A DNA stretch of 63,001 nt, filler included, from Basidiobolus ranarum (GCA_040143965.1; 4 parts of 4 records of this genome joined end to end with filler, not necessarily neighbours in it), one strand, 5' to 3'; positions 41,384-54,319 are shown, counted from the whole stretch's first letter. The notes: generated from the letters alone by a model not told the origin. A program made the numbers and translations.

Positions 41384-43430
41384 TGAAGCAGAAGTTGTTT
41401 ATCTGAGCAACTAAGGGTAGAAGGAAATACACGTTTTCTAAAGAGAATTACGCGAAATTGATTGGAGTCTCTTCGCTTCACATCGGTTTATATATTTATG
41501 CAGAAGCATTAGGGAGACGATTTGGCTCGGTGTGAATCCTGATACATGTTCACTAAGAAACGATGGCCTTCGTAAATGCGAAGATCCATGCGACCCTGTA
41601 TACTCCTACCTCTACTCTTCCTGTATCATACTCAAGCTGGCCACATATTGATGTACTTACATCGTTCATCTGATGAAACTTCTTAATCATTTGAAGCTAC
41701 ATTGGAGAAGCACATCTGAGGTCTAACGCCAATGTTGATTACCAATGATCAAACAAGTGATTCTTAGGTCAGCAAACCAGTCTGCTCGCGGGGCTTAATA
41801 TCAATAGATTTAACTGTCAAAATAAAATATCATGGATTTGTTTGGGACTCATGCCTTCAGCATATAGCAGTATGAACCAAACGATCGCTCGGCTGCTGAC
41901 AGCCAGGTTTAAAGCCGTCTGTTGCTCTGAGAGAATTAGTCACTTAAAATATGCTCTTCGCCTCACATTGGAGCTGCCACTTGAACTGTTTCCTGCCGCC
42001 TACCAATGTAATTCTGATGTAAATATGTTACTATGCAGGATCCACATATGTTGCTCTTTTATTTTTAGTTTTAATCCCAGCCGATGGAGCGATCAGATAT
42101 CCTACCGCGCGGTTCCAAAACTCGATTCGATATATGATTGAGGTTTTTAGAATAACCTCGTCTCGTGTCGGTGGGTTCCGTTTGTATTTGAAATAGCATT
42201 TCTCATGATTCTTTCTACTTCTGAATAATGCTCATCCAGTCTAATCTACTCTCAAACATTTTCATTAGAACACAAGAACTTGAGTGTACACTATTTGTAA
42301 AACATTGCAGGGTGCAGATTCTACAACTTTCGTCCGACCATCGACCAAAATAGTGTACATAGGCTGTTCGTACGAATTGTATGGATAATTACTCGATCAT
42401 GGAAATGGAGCTAGATCACCACCTAAAGAGTGTGTACTTGCGATTCATCTAGTCAACAGTGCTCCCGTAAAAGCCTGATTAAAGGGTCGGAAATATCCAC
42501 CTAATCTAGAGAACTTGAAAAAGCGGGAAAATATAAGCCGATTCCGAGTATTATATTGCTTAGGCATTCAGCTCCCAATCAATCAGAAAGTCCATGTTCA
42601 ACTTGGATAAACGTCACTAGTTAATTCCCACATCTCTCTTGCTTCTTTTATGAGATGTGGTGACCACAGCATACTTTATAAAATCTACTTTTATTCTCTT
42701 AAATATGTAAGCCTGATTTAATCCTCGGAAGCAAAGGAATGAAGCCCACGCATATTGTTTTACATAAATCTTCACTCTGAATTAAGCTTCGTTAATAGAT
42801 CTAATGAACGCCTTACGATTCAAGGTTTCTATCTTGGAATCTACATAAGCTGGCCCCACCGCGTTATTGTTGGGTTCTCTATACACAGCACTTGAGTTAG
42901 CCGAACATTCTTGAGTGAAAGATTTCTAGAGTATTCAGTAAGCAGCATTACCATTTGTAGCGTGATTTCTTTGAAATCAAACATTTAGGCAAGCCCGGCG
43001 ATGCATGGTTTGAGTAGTTATCTCTTATCTTTGAAACTCACACATCGATAATCTATCCATCATATGTTGGTTTTATAATAGAGGGATGTCATATTTACGG
43101 ATTTGTGTGATTTTCATGATTCTGCAGGGTTTGGAGCTTTATCTGCCCCGGTTGATTTTGCCATATGTGACTGAGATCAATGATGCATGATTAAAAGTTA
43201 ATACTCACCCGATGCGAATCTAAAAAGCTTCTTTTATAAACCAATCGTAGGCTAGCCAGATTATATAATATCTTAAAGTGGGTGTTATATCCATCTTTGG
43301 CTTGCTTTCGACTTCGTCATTCGAAGTCATTGGATAGGTGTTAGAATCGTCGTCTTAACACGGTCTTATTGGCCAGCAAGGACGGGCAACAATAGGGTAA
43401 ATCTTGTGATGATTCTCCACCATACTATCA

Positions 43431-43449
43431 ATGACTAGCTACGAGTCAT
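43431..43449. promoter_or_regulatory. Putative Gcn4/CpcA-type element next to the MET2 TATA box
   Basis: atgactagctacgagtcat contains GAGTCA (reverse complement TGACTC) immediately before catataaaa (about 43456). Confidence 0.3.
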
Positions 43450-43523
43450 AGCTAGCATATAAAAGCCTTCAAACATTCCTATTCCCACACTATTTCTTCT
43501 TCGTTCTTCGAGTCAATTGCAAG

Positions 43524-45046
43524 ATGAGTTCCACACTGAGTAATTATCAATCTTTAATCGTACAGAAATCTAGGAACTGCTTACTTAGTTGTGTATTTTT
43601 AGGGTATCTTGAGCAGCAGCCAGAAAACACCTTCACTCAATTAGTGAATGGTCAAAAGATCGCAGTTATCCCTTCCTTCACACTAGATAATGGCATTACT
43701 CTACATGACGTCCCCGTTGGTTACAAGACCTGGGGAAATCTGAATGAAAACAGAGATAATGTAATGGTAATCTGCCATGCTTTGACTGGCTCAGCAGATG
43801 TTGCCGACTGGTATGTTTATGATGATTTTTCACGACCTTTTCTTTACTAGTATTCACCTATTCATTCGTAGGTGGGGTCCTTTGCTCGGTCCTGGTTTAG
43901 CTTTCGATACGGACGCCTTTTTTATCATTTGTATGAATGTGTTAGGTTCTCCCTACGGTACCGCTTCTCCTGTTACCAATAATCCTAAGAGCGGAAAGCC
44001 CTGGGGTCCTGATTTCCCTAAAGTATCTATTCGTGATACAGTTAGGATCCACAGAGAACTCCTCACCTATCTTGGTATCAATCAAATAGCCATATGCATT
44101 GGTGGCTCACTTGGAGGAATGCAAGTAATGGAGTGGGCAATGTTTGGAGAAGAATATGTACGCTTTATTGTCCCTATTGCAACCTGTGGCAAACACTCTG
44201 CCTGGGGTATTAGCTGGGGCGAAGCTCAGCGTCAATCTATCTATAGTGATCCTAATTTCTGTAAGTTCCCAACCATAAGTCTGGTATTGGTAATGATACT
44301 TATGAAGAATTTCTTACGTAGGTGATGGTTATTATTCCCGTGACAAACCACCTAACAGTGGGTTAGCTGCAGCTAGAATGTCTGCTCTTTTGACCTACCG
44401 TTCCAAAGGTTCCTTTGAAACCAGATTCGGTCGTAAAACTATGGCTACTAGAGGTACTAATACTAACAAGAATGGATTTGTCAGTAAAAACGAAACCCAG
44501 TTAGTGCCAGAAGAACCGAAGACTGCGATTCTTGGCAGTTCTCCACAGCTTTTCTCTGCTCAAAACTATCTCCGATACCAGGGAGACAAGTTTATTAAGC
44601 GCTTCGATGCCAACTGTTATATTGCCATCACCAAGATGATGGATACCCATGATGTCTCTAGAGATCGGGGAGATTATATTACCATACTTGAAGGAATTAC
44701 ACAGCCGGCACTAGTGATTGGTAAGTAATAACACTGTTTTGCTCTACTTATAGCAATGCTAAAATGCTCCATAGGAATCGAATCCGATGGTCTTTTTACC
44801 ATTGATGAGCAATTTGTACTTGCCGAACATATGCCTAACTCTCAAATGATTGTTGTGGATTCTCCTGACGGTCACGATGGCTTTTTACTGGAGTTCGAGC
44901 AGTTAAATGAGCATATTTTGAAGTTTATCAGTGAGTATCTTCCGGAGTACCTTACCGAAGCCAATCGCAATGGCCCCAGACATGTAGAACTGAAGTCAGG
45001 CGGCAACAGTCTTTTCGGAGAAGCTGAAGATGTGATGACATGGTAA
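43524..45046 (+). CDS. MET2: Homoserine O-acetyltransferase, multi-exon
   Basis: YKTWGNLN...NVMVICHALTGSADVADWW, NVLGSPYG, IGGSLGGMQVMEW, ARMSALLTYRS, YLRYQGDKFIKRFDANCY, SDGLF, SPDGHDGFLLE. Confidence 0.96.
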
Positions 45047-45936
45047 TTTAATATATATTAATGTATACTATCTTTGCCATTCTTTTCAAAACGGACAATT
45101 TTTCGGTATATTTTATTTTTTACAATCCAATGGACAATCAACCTTTCTTATTCAAATGATGGACATTTTTTCACTTGTATGAGATTTGAGTAGAGGTAAT
45201 GCCCCTACGATGTACATTACTCTATAACCAAATACCTCACCACTAGTTACTCCACGAATTACCCACGCATCTCAGTAGATTTTATTTCGGAAATATGAAT
45301 GCCAAATAATAATAAATTACTCAACGCCTCATGGAATCATTCTATCTCAAGTTGTAACAATTGGTAGTAGTCCTTAATTTTGGAGAAAGATTTTCTTTTG
45401 TTGAATGCAGATTCAATGTGAACCAGGGTGTAACTTCTTGGACAGTTCATCAAAGAATCACTCATAGAAAAATGATTGTGTGTATAACTCTAATCAATTG
45501 TGGTAATTCGAACATAGGTATATTTTGCAAATATTGAGTGTCTATACTTATTGGAGATTGCTCATATTCATTCCAACCTTCTGCAAACCATTGAAATACA
45601 TCTCTACCATTTTTTTTCATCTTTAGTTCACTTGGAATTATATTGAGTTTGCTTACATTTGATAATGATTAAGACAAGATGAAATATTCATACTCATCTA
45701 AGACTCTTCATGATGCCCCTCCAATTTTCTATACCTCTGAAATAGAAATGGTTTATTCCCTCATAATCAAATAAATAGTGACTACACATTTCTCAATTAA
45801 ACCCTTTCAATAAATCATATTCTTGACTGTACTTTTACTTGAATATTATTTGCATATACCCTCAACATGATATAATCACAGCTTTCAGATACCATGATCT
45901 CTGCAAGTAAAGCCCCTTTAAAATAAGAGAATTTAT

Positions 45937-46491
45937 TGCTCAAATTAGCATTGTCTAAACATATATATAGTCATATATAGCTTAATACTTAGTTATATTT
46001 TATTTCACTGAGATACTACCCATTATTCTCAATCAGAACTTACTTGGAATATTTTTACCAAGTTAGAAGTTCTCAGATATACAGATTTTCCAAACTTGTG
46101 CTAGAAGCCTCACACTGTGCACACATGTTTATGGGATCTTTCTAAATACATTCTACATGCTAGTTTGCTCACATCTTGACAAAACTATAAATGTCCACTT
46201 TCAACTTAATAGATCATTAAGTGAAAACAACCAATTCCTCTAAATCTCCAAACCACTTCCAACAAGCTCCCAAATACTTTAACATATAGTCATTAATAGC
46301 TCAGTATTTAGATATCTTAGCCTAAATGCACATATTCTTGAGACCTTTCTTAGCACATTCTACATGCTAGTTTGCTTACATCTTGACAAAACTATAAATG
46401 TCCATTTTCAACTTGATAAATCAAAAAGTGAAAGCCTCCAATTTCTCTAATTGTCCATACCACTTCCAACAAGCTCCCAAATACTTTAACA
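45937..46491 (+). mobile_element. Dispersed repeat, probable solo LTR (copy 3, 45937-46284) plus a partial direct duplication (about 46329-46491)
   Basis: Aligns to 12547-12868. The block ttctacatgctagtttgct...cacttccaacaagctcccaaatactttaaca occurs twice. Confidence 0.7.
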
Positions 46492-47412
46492 TCTATTGCA
46501 GATCCTACTCTGCCCTAAACCACACCCTAACAAAAATAAAAATAATTTGGTCCAGATTGGATCCACCCTTCTGGAGCATAAATCCATCAGAGAACCATCA
46601 CAATCTTGGTTACTTGTATTCTGCCAGATATCATGATGGCATGATGACAGCTTCTTAATGGTATTCTGATGGTGATCATACATGGTGAAATATTGACCCT
46701 GAAATTTGGCAAGTGTTATTTAATTTCCAACAACTATTAGAAGTAACCAATTTTGGAATGGTAAATGACTGAGTTTACTGCTATAGGAATTTGAATAAAT
46801 GTGCATGCCTTTATTTAGATATTTCAGGCTTTGTATTCTAGCCAAAATGAGATATCAAAAAAATACTTAGCAAATAGCTGACTCTTGTTACCACAGACAG
46901 TGAGAATAAGCTCTGGGATTTTGGAAAATTTACATCAAGAATTCAGCCAAAATATCCCTGACTTGCAGTCAACAAATGTCCTACCACAAGCAGATGTATC
47001 ATTGCTTGAGTAGATTACCCCATGGCTAAAACAGTAATATTAGATATCTCAATATATTTCACCAAGAAGTCTGTTTTGCTGCTTTCCAACAAATGCCATC
47101 AGATTATCATAAGAACAAAATAGTCCAAATTATGGAGTTAATTAAAAAGTCTCCATGTAATGGATTTTGTTGCAGTTATTATGCTCAAACAATGCAAAAA
47201 ACCCATGAGCAAATTGAAAAGAGCCCTGTGTTGGAAGGTTAATATAGTCTGGAGTTTCCTTAACCCATTGCATTGCATCCACCACTGATTTTGCTGATAT
47301 ATTGTAAATCAGNNNNNNNNNNNNNNNNNNNNNNNNNNNNNNNNNNNNNNNNNNNNTTAATTAATTAANNNNNNNNNNNNNNNNNNNNNNNNNNNNNNNN
47401 NNNNNNNNNNNN

Positions 47413-47680
47413 AGAAGCCAGACGCAGACCTAGACGAGGAATAAAAGATATCCATGGAAATACACTCAGTTATGTTATAGTTACTGTAGCACCAAGTAAG
47501 AATTTAAACAACTACAGGCAAATTGTAAAAAGTTCTACTGATTCTAACTTAACTTTGAAATTAGCTCCTACTCCTAAGCCTAAGCCTAAGAAAAAGGTTA
47601 CTAAAACAACCAAAACTAGGGCTCCATCCACAGCTACCCCAATTCAGACGTTTCCCTCTACCACCACCTCTACTAATTAA
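47413..47680 (+). CDS. 3' fragment of a gene truncated by the scaffold gap (Pro/Thr/Lys-rich C-terminus)
   Basis: GTAAG...CTAAC...TTAG intron (about 47495-47564) followed by ...PTPKPKPKKKVTKTTKTRAPSTATPIQTFPSTTTSTN*. Confidence 0.35.
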
Positions 47681-48649
47681 CCGTGAGAGGACTGAGTCAT
47701 GACTGACACCTCATTCTAATTCGTTTGGCAAGATAGTGATGTATCTCTATCTAAACGATCTTTTGAATAAATTTTGTTATTGCTCAAATTTGATCTTATT
47801 TCGAGATATAATGATCACGACATATGAGAGCCGGATGCGTGTTCAGATAGGGATTTTACTCCCAGAAGTCAGAGTATGAGCTTGGGTCCATGATTGGTTG
47901 CGAGACTTAAGTATAGGTTATCAAACCCAATGAATTTATATTTGTATCACTAAATTACGCCCAGCAGTTTGGGTGATGCCCACGCCAATGGATCTAGTAG
48001 ATATGAAACTTACATTATTGAAATCCACCAAGTACGTCATTACCTTGACAGGATTGTTAGCCAATATATACGTTTGAAGCTGATGAATTCATCATCTCAC
48101 TAGCGTGATTAATATTTAGTAGTTTTAGTTCGAACTTTCAACTGAATGTCGCCAAGTATGCTCTTCATTTGTAACACTTTTATTTCAATCTTGATAGGCA
48201 ACGATAGAATTTAACCATAAGTCAAGAGCCTGTCTATATTCAGCGTCAGAATACTTTCATTTCAACATTATTATGTTAAACCAAAGAATGAATGTGAAAA
48301 GTTCCAATATGTTGCTCTGCCCAGCTCTTGTAGCGCCAAGCCAGATACGTACAGTGCGTAATGGATATTGTTTCAGTAACCTTAAGTATACTAAATCCAA
48401 AATAGATTCAATGATCTCGTAATAAAAGTCACGAAATTCATTACTATCTTCATTGGGTCCCTGGTAATTTCAAACGGCTCAGGTACTTTCCATCAATACT
48501 GAATTTCGCCCAAACGAGGCCGTTGTCTGCTTTCTTCAGTAGTATCGATGGGTACTCAGAATTACCACAAATGTTAGGCCCTCTTTAGGACAAATGATAC
48601 TAAGTATAATGCTAAGTAATTGAATATCTTCTGCGCTAGCATCGTATTT

Positions 48650-49125
48650 TTATAGTTTGAGTTTCAAATGATGACATAAATAAATCTTATATTCCTCATC
48701 CTCATCTTGCTTTATATTCTTGGAACCAGGCACTACAATATTAATGCTAATTTGTACGGGTAGAACCTCGTCATTACCACATTTAACTTTTGCCTTTCCG
48801 GTAGTTGACCAACCATAGCTCCCCGTGGACATTTTGGTCGGCTTTGCAGTTAATGACACGATAATGTCCTCGTTATCTTCGGCGGCTTCGCTTTCGTTGG
48901 AAATGACTACTTTTAGAGGTTTAGCCATATCCAAGAAGGCCTCCACTTGTGGTAAAGCCTGTGATAAAGGTAATCAGTCTATGGAACTAAAGGAGAAAGT
49001 ATACGAGAGCAACGACTTACCTCTATTTTACTCTTTTTAGGTGACTCTTCTCTATCAGATTTAGTAGGTTCGGTAGGCTCCTTACGTTTACTTGATGTTT
49101 GACTTCCGGATTTCTTGTCAGGCAT
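48650..49125 (-). CDS. Small uncharacterised protein with an STGSYGW motif, 2 exons
   Basis: Exon 1 MPDKKSGSQTSSKRKEPTEPTKSDREESPKKSKIE, GTAAGT intron, exon 2 ALPQVEAFLDMAKPLKVVI...AKPTKMSTGSYGWSTTGK...VQISINIVVPGSK. Confidence 0.7.
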
Positions 49126-52081
49126 GATTAATAGTTGTTATTGGTGAAGAATCGTTAAGGGAATGTTATATGCGGTAAATACTAAGATGATAGAGGTATA
49201 CCACCATTTTTATATTAGAAAAAAAGTGCAATATGCTATTTCCCAGTTGAGGTCATGTATTGCTTACTGCTAAACCATCCCTTTTGCTTGAGAGACCCGA
49301 TTTCTGTGTGCATAGATGGCAGTTTATATTAGTGTGTGTTCAACAAAGATCGACCTTAATTATGTCATACCCCTATAAGATTTTGTGATGATATCACTAA
49401 ATTCCTGTATTTTTTCATACGTAATAAGGCATGTCTCCATACTTCTCACCAGTGCTATTACTTGAAAACTGTTGCAGGTGACGGAGTTAAGCATAGGACA
49501 TTCCATAGATGCTTTATAATGCTGTAGATCATAGTTTCCCTTTGGCAATGCACCGTATCTTCAAGGTGTAAAACAATCAATATGAAATTGATAATTATGA
49601 GAATTAGCAATACGTGTATTTTTAGCGTCCGAGTATTGAAATTCCATGCGGTATTCGATAGAATCTATAAAAATCGGAGTATTTTCGGTAACGGTTAAGC
49701 ATATTTCTACTTGATTGTGGTATTATGACTACAATAGTAATATTTTGATAGCACAGCCAAAGTGACTTCAATGCACTCATCGATTATTGTTTTGAATCTG
49801 ATACGAGTACATCAACAAAGAAGCATATGGCGTAACTCTAAATACACATGTATTTCCTGCATGCTTGCCACTAACATATTTGTATCTTTCCAATATAGGC
49901 AAGCGGGTATCTTACAATCCCCCTAAATATGGTACTTCATTTCTGATTCTGAACTAAATTAAAAAACGTCTATGTTACACATGTAAGATTTGTTGTTCTT
50001 TCAACTTTGGGATCAGAATTGACATTTTATTTCCTATCAAAACTAACACAATTATAATTGGCATCTTTGACTAGATTCGTACAATAGGTCTGTTGATACC
50101 TCCCAAGAGCATTTGGAACGTACCTCATTTATTACAAAAAAATTCTGGAGTTGCAGATCTTAAAGGATGAGCTGATAGTACTCCTACTTTTCACCCCAAT
50201 GATGGTGCTATTACTTGACCTTCTTTCGTAGATTGAAAACAGCAATGTCAACAGGAATTACCGTCATCAATGTTTTGACTATGATCACAAAGGCTGAAAC
50301 GAGTTTTAATAGATCTTAATGAGTGTAACTAGTTATAGTCGAGCATACTGGCAGAGTGATCCTGACTGTGATGGACCTGCTTATACGTTCACTAGTCAAG
50401 GAGCTACGCCTGGAAGATGTACCAAAGAGAGTACAATAGTGCTAGTGATAATGATATTATTGTATGGTACTAACAATCGGGTAACCTAAATAAGTACTAC
50501 TACGAAATGGTGAGGAGTATAAATCTAGGAGATATGGGCTAAGATACATAGTGGTAAATTGATACTTGTATAGTTATCGTAGTCCCAAAAGATTGTCTTA
50601 TCGGTATTAAGACCATTGAAGAAGCTGAAGTTCTAAATTTTGATTGTACGAATTATGGATTGGTACAAGCATTGCGGCATATTTCAGATGATGGTCTTCT
50701 TAGTTACAAAGCTATGATTGCTGGTAAATATACCAAACTTCATTCTAATAAATATATCTTCCCTATGATATGGATAATGCCATATTGAATTCTGAGATTC
50801 AGTTACAACTGATAATAATGTTATAAGTAGTTCTATATAAAATGTGTTAATGATATGCTCCCAGTAACGACTATATTGAAGCTTTTATGATGCTGTTCTA
50901 TTGAAACAACTCTAAAATTCAATTGGACTGTCATTGTTTCTTACTCCTGAGATGTTAAAGAGTAGGTCTACGAGTATTACTAATTAGAATTTAACTTACT
51001 ATATCATCAATATTTCAAGAAGTCCCCAATGAATAGCAAACATAAGCTTTTTATGTTGGTATTGCGATGGATCTCATCCTTGAAAATGGTGAACAACTTA
51101 CATTTTGTTGACAATGAAAATGCCATCGATAAAATTCTTTTCCAAGTTCGTTGTCTCCAGAATTTCAGCTTCAATTTATTATGGCATTTCCATTCCTAAT
51201 TTAGACAAAAATTCAATTGTGGACCTAATTTCCTGATTTACCGGATCTTATTTCATAACCTAGATGTTTCTACTTGGCCTAGTTTCGTTTCATCGCTTCT
51301 CTCAGATCGAACTTTGTTCAGCCTTTTTATATAGTTTTTGAACCCATCGTTCACTTTTCCCAACTCATGTTATCCTACCCGGTTTCATTCGTTTAAATTG
51401 ATCAGTTACTTTTGATTGGTGATCAGTGAGATCGTAACTCCACTGAAAAAAAGCATATTTTCTAGAGAAGTTGCGTAATATGGGTTTTAAAATATTTGCA
51501 ATTGTTTTAATGTGTGTATACATCAGTATTATTCCTGATACTCCTTGGAAATATAATTAACCTCAACAGTTAATATGTATTGGGATCTAAGCCACAAACT
51601 GCTTTCAATTGCTTCCTCCGTCATACGGAATTTGACCCATAAAAACTATACCGTATTAATACTGGATGGATACCATAAAAAAACAGGCACTGCTCAGTTT
51701 AATATGCTAACTAATGCTAGATAGCCATGGCACAACCTGGAAGAATTCTCGAAGTCATCAAAGGAGGATTTGTCTGAGTAGCTATAAATAGTTTTAATAT
51801 CATATTTCTCAACGATGTATCACCAAATATCATCGAATAGCTCTCGCCAGTTTTTTATCTACAGGTTGCCAGCTAATAGATGCCGGCGACAAGATCCGAA
51901 ATCTATTGCGAGCCTTTATCGCTCCGGGGGTTTTCGGTAAAATAGACGGCCAATCGTTGAAAATGTTACGTCCGATCAGTGACTCTTATCTTTTATTTAG
52001 AATCTATATCAAGATGGATCGGATCACGCTGTATGCATAAAGTCCATATCTTCTCAATTTGTCCACAAACTCTAGTCAACT

Positions 52082-52089
52082 TGAGTCAT
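52082..52089. promoter_or_regulatory. Putative Gcn4/CpcA (cross-pathway control) site TGAGTCAT upstream of CPA1
   Basis: Perfect TGASTCA about 490 bp upstream of the TATATAA at about 52573, with another TGACTC at 51980. CPA1/arg-2 is a known general-control target. Confidence 0.4.
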
Positions 52090-52703
52090 CTGCCTCAGGT
52101 TTACCTTCGTTTGAGCAAAATAGTAATCCAATATCATACAGGTGTCACATTAGTATTCCTATTAAGGAAACAGACCACTGCTTTTCAGCATCATGTGGAT
52201 GTCCCTTTTTCTCAAGTTGATATATTTGGAATATCCCGGTTCCTTGTCTGTTGATGGTCCAGTAATAAGTATTTGATGGGAAAATCCCACCAACACGAGT
52301 TAATTATACAATCTCAAACTAACTTGTATGGAAGTCAGCAACTATCTAATTTCCCTTATCGTCTTACAATACTGCCTATGCTGAGGTTATATCATTATAC
52401 ATATTCTCTTTAAACCTGTAGTTTCCAAACTTTATAATCATAAGTGCTTAATTGATGCAATCGGTGAAAATATTCAACAAATTATGTGTACAGCATTTCT
52501 AGGTCCTACCTGGTTTGCTCATTTCTATCTCATAATTGGTCATAGTAACTCGGGAACCCTTCAAATTTTCAATATATAATCTCGTTGTCTGCGACCTTTG
52601 TACAGTCGTCTATCGTTCCACACTTCTGACTTATCTCCCTGAATCACCTTCAGTCGCAAGCCGCGACTACTAAAAACACAAGTTACTAACCTTCCAGGTT
52701 TAC

Positions 52704-52864
52704 ATGTACTTTCACACCCAAGAAAAGAACTCATCTGACTACATCTCTGATCAAAGTAATATCTCTTTCTGTTCAAAGGCTCGAATATGGACCACCTACT
52801 GATATTTAATTCTAACCATTTACTCAATTCTGTAGTTTGGAAAGCTCTCAATCTAACCAACTAA
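52704..52864 (+). promoter_or_regulatory. Arginine attenuator peptide (AAP) uORF, spliced: 52704-52755 + 52836-52864, MYFHTQEKNSSDYISDQIWKALNLTN*
   Basis: Removing the GTAAT...CTAAC...TGTAG intron (52756-52835) joins SDYISDQ to IWKALN. This matches Neurospora AAP (QDYLSDHLWRALNA) and yeast (QDYISDHIWKTSSH). The uORF ends 132 nt before the CPA1 ATG. Confidence 0.93.
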
Positions 52865-52996
52865 ATCCAATCGAAATCTTACAAAAGCTGTTACTTTACA
52901 AATCAATCCTTCCGTCAAATTCCAATTTTTCAACGTCAATTCTCAAACAATCTACTTAACAAAACTACTTGAATATTATATATTTCATCAAAAACA

Positions 52997-54319
52997 ATGT
53001 CTTTCCTTACCTTCTCCAAGTCTACCCGCTCTCTCTTGAGTGGTCCCAAGATCGCCAGAAATTTGTTCGCAGTTCGTAATCTTGCTACTGTCTCGGATTC
53101 TCCTGTTCACTCTACTCCTTTTGTTACTCCTGCCAGTTCTTCTACTCCCTCTTTGGCCGCTTTGAAACTCAAGTCCGGTCAAATCTTTAAGGGTACTTCA
53201 TTTGGTGGCTCAAAATCTGCCTTCGGTGAAGCAGTATTTACCACCTCGGTAGTTGGATATCCTGAGTCTATGACTGATCCATCATATCGTGGCCAAATTC
53301 TTGTATTTACTCAACCACTTGTCGGAAACTATGGAGTTCCTGGAATCGCCAAGGATAAGCATGGTCTACTTAAATATTTTGAATCCGAGGCGATTCATTG
53401 CCGAGGTATCGTGGTTAGCGACTACGCTACCAAATATTCTCACTGGAACGCTGTTGAATCCCTTGGTGAGTGGTGTGCCCGTTCCAACATTCCTGCTATT
53501 AGTGGCGTTGATACCAGAGCAATCGTTCACATCCTTCGTGACCAAGGCTCCACCTTAGGTCAACTTGCTATTGGAGCTGAGGATATCGAAGCCACGACAA
53601 CTCAATTTGAAGATCCAAATCAGGGAAACCTTGTGTCAGAAGTGTCAACGAAGGTCCCTATTGAGTTCAACCCCGAAGGGGATTTGAAGATTGCAGTTGT
53701 GGATTGTGGTATCAAGCAAAACATCATTCGTTGTTTAGTATCTCGCGGTGCTCATGTTACTCTTTTGCCATGGGATTACGATTACAACCAGGAGGCAGGC
53801 AAATACGATGGTTTATTTATCTCCAATGGACCTGGATCTCCTAAAGTCCTTGGCCCAACTGTAAATAACCTTCGTAATGCTCTCAGTACTTTCAACAAGC
53901 CTATATTCGGTATTTGTATGGGTAATTTGGTTCTAGGACTTGCTGCAGGCTTAGATTCTTACAAATTGCGCTTCGGTAACCGTGGTCATAACCAGCCTGC
54001 TGTGAATGTGCTCAATGGTCAATGCGTGATCACATCTCAGAATCATGGTTATGCTCTTAAGGATGATGATTTGCCTTCTGGTTGGGGTAAATACTTTATC
54101 AATGCCAATGATGGTTCCAACGAGGGAATTCGCCATTTGACCAAGCCTATTCGTTCGGTGCAATTCCATCCTGAAGCTAAGGGCGGGCCACAAGATACTG
54201 AGTACCTATTCAACGAGTTCCTTGAAGAGGTTCGTGCTGACAAAGCCAAGAGATACGAAACCAATTTCTTGGCCGAGGAGTCATTTCCTGTTCAAAGAGA
54301 AACCGTTGCAGTGGCATAA
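52997..54319 (+). CDS. CPA1: Arginine-specific carbamoyl-phosphate synthetase small (glutaminase) subunit, mitochondrial precursor
   Basis: GEAVFTTSVVGYPESMTDPSYRGQIL, GVDTRA, FISNGPG, FGICMG, GNRGHNQP, TSQNHGYA, SVQFHPEAKGGP. The Ser/Arg-rich N-terminus resembles a mitochondrial presequence. Intronless. Confidence 0.97.
   Translation: MSFLTFSKSTRSLLSGPKIARNLFAVRNLATVSDSPVHSTPFVTPASSSTPSLAALKLKSGQIFKGTSFGGSKSAFGEAVFTTSVVGYPESMTDPSYRGQILVFTQPLVGNYGVPGIAKDKHGLLKYFESEAIHCRGIVVSDYATKYSHWNAVESLGEWCARSNIPAISGVDTRAIVHILRDQGSTLGQLAIGAEDIEATTTQFEDPNQGNLVSEVSTKVPIEFNPEGDLKIAVVDCGIKQNIIRCLVSRGAHVTLLPWDYDYNQEAGKYDGLFISNGPGSPKVLGPTVNNLRNALSTFNKPIFGICMGNLVLGLAAGLDSYKLRFGNRGHNQPAVNVLNGQCVITSQNHGYALKDDDLPSGWGKYFINANDGSNEGIRHLTKPIRSVQFHPEAKGGPQDTEYLFNEFLEEVRADKAKRYETNFLAEESFPVQRETVAVA

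Noticed and set aside
50150-51400. Coding-like fragments on both strands between the small gene and the CPA1 promoter
   Set aside because: Multiple stops and no identifiable family, so a call cannot be supported.
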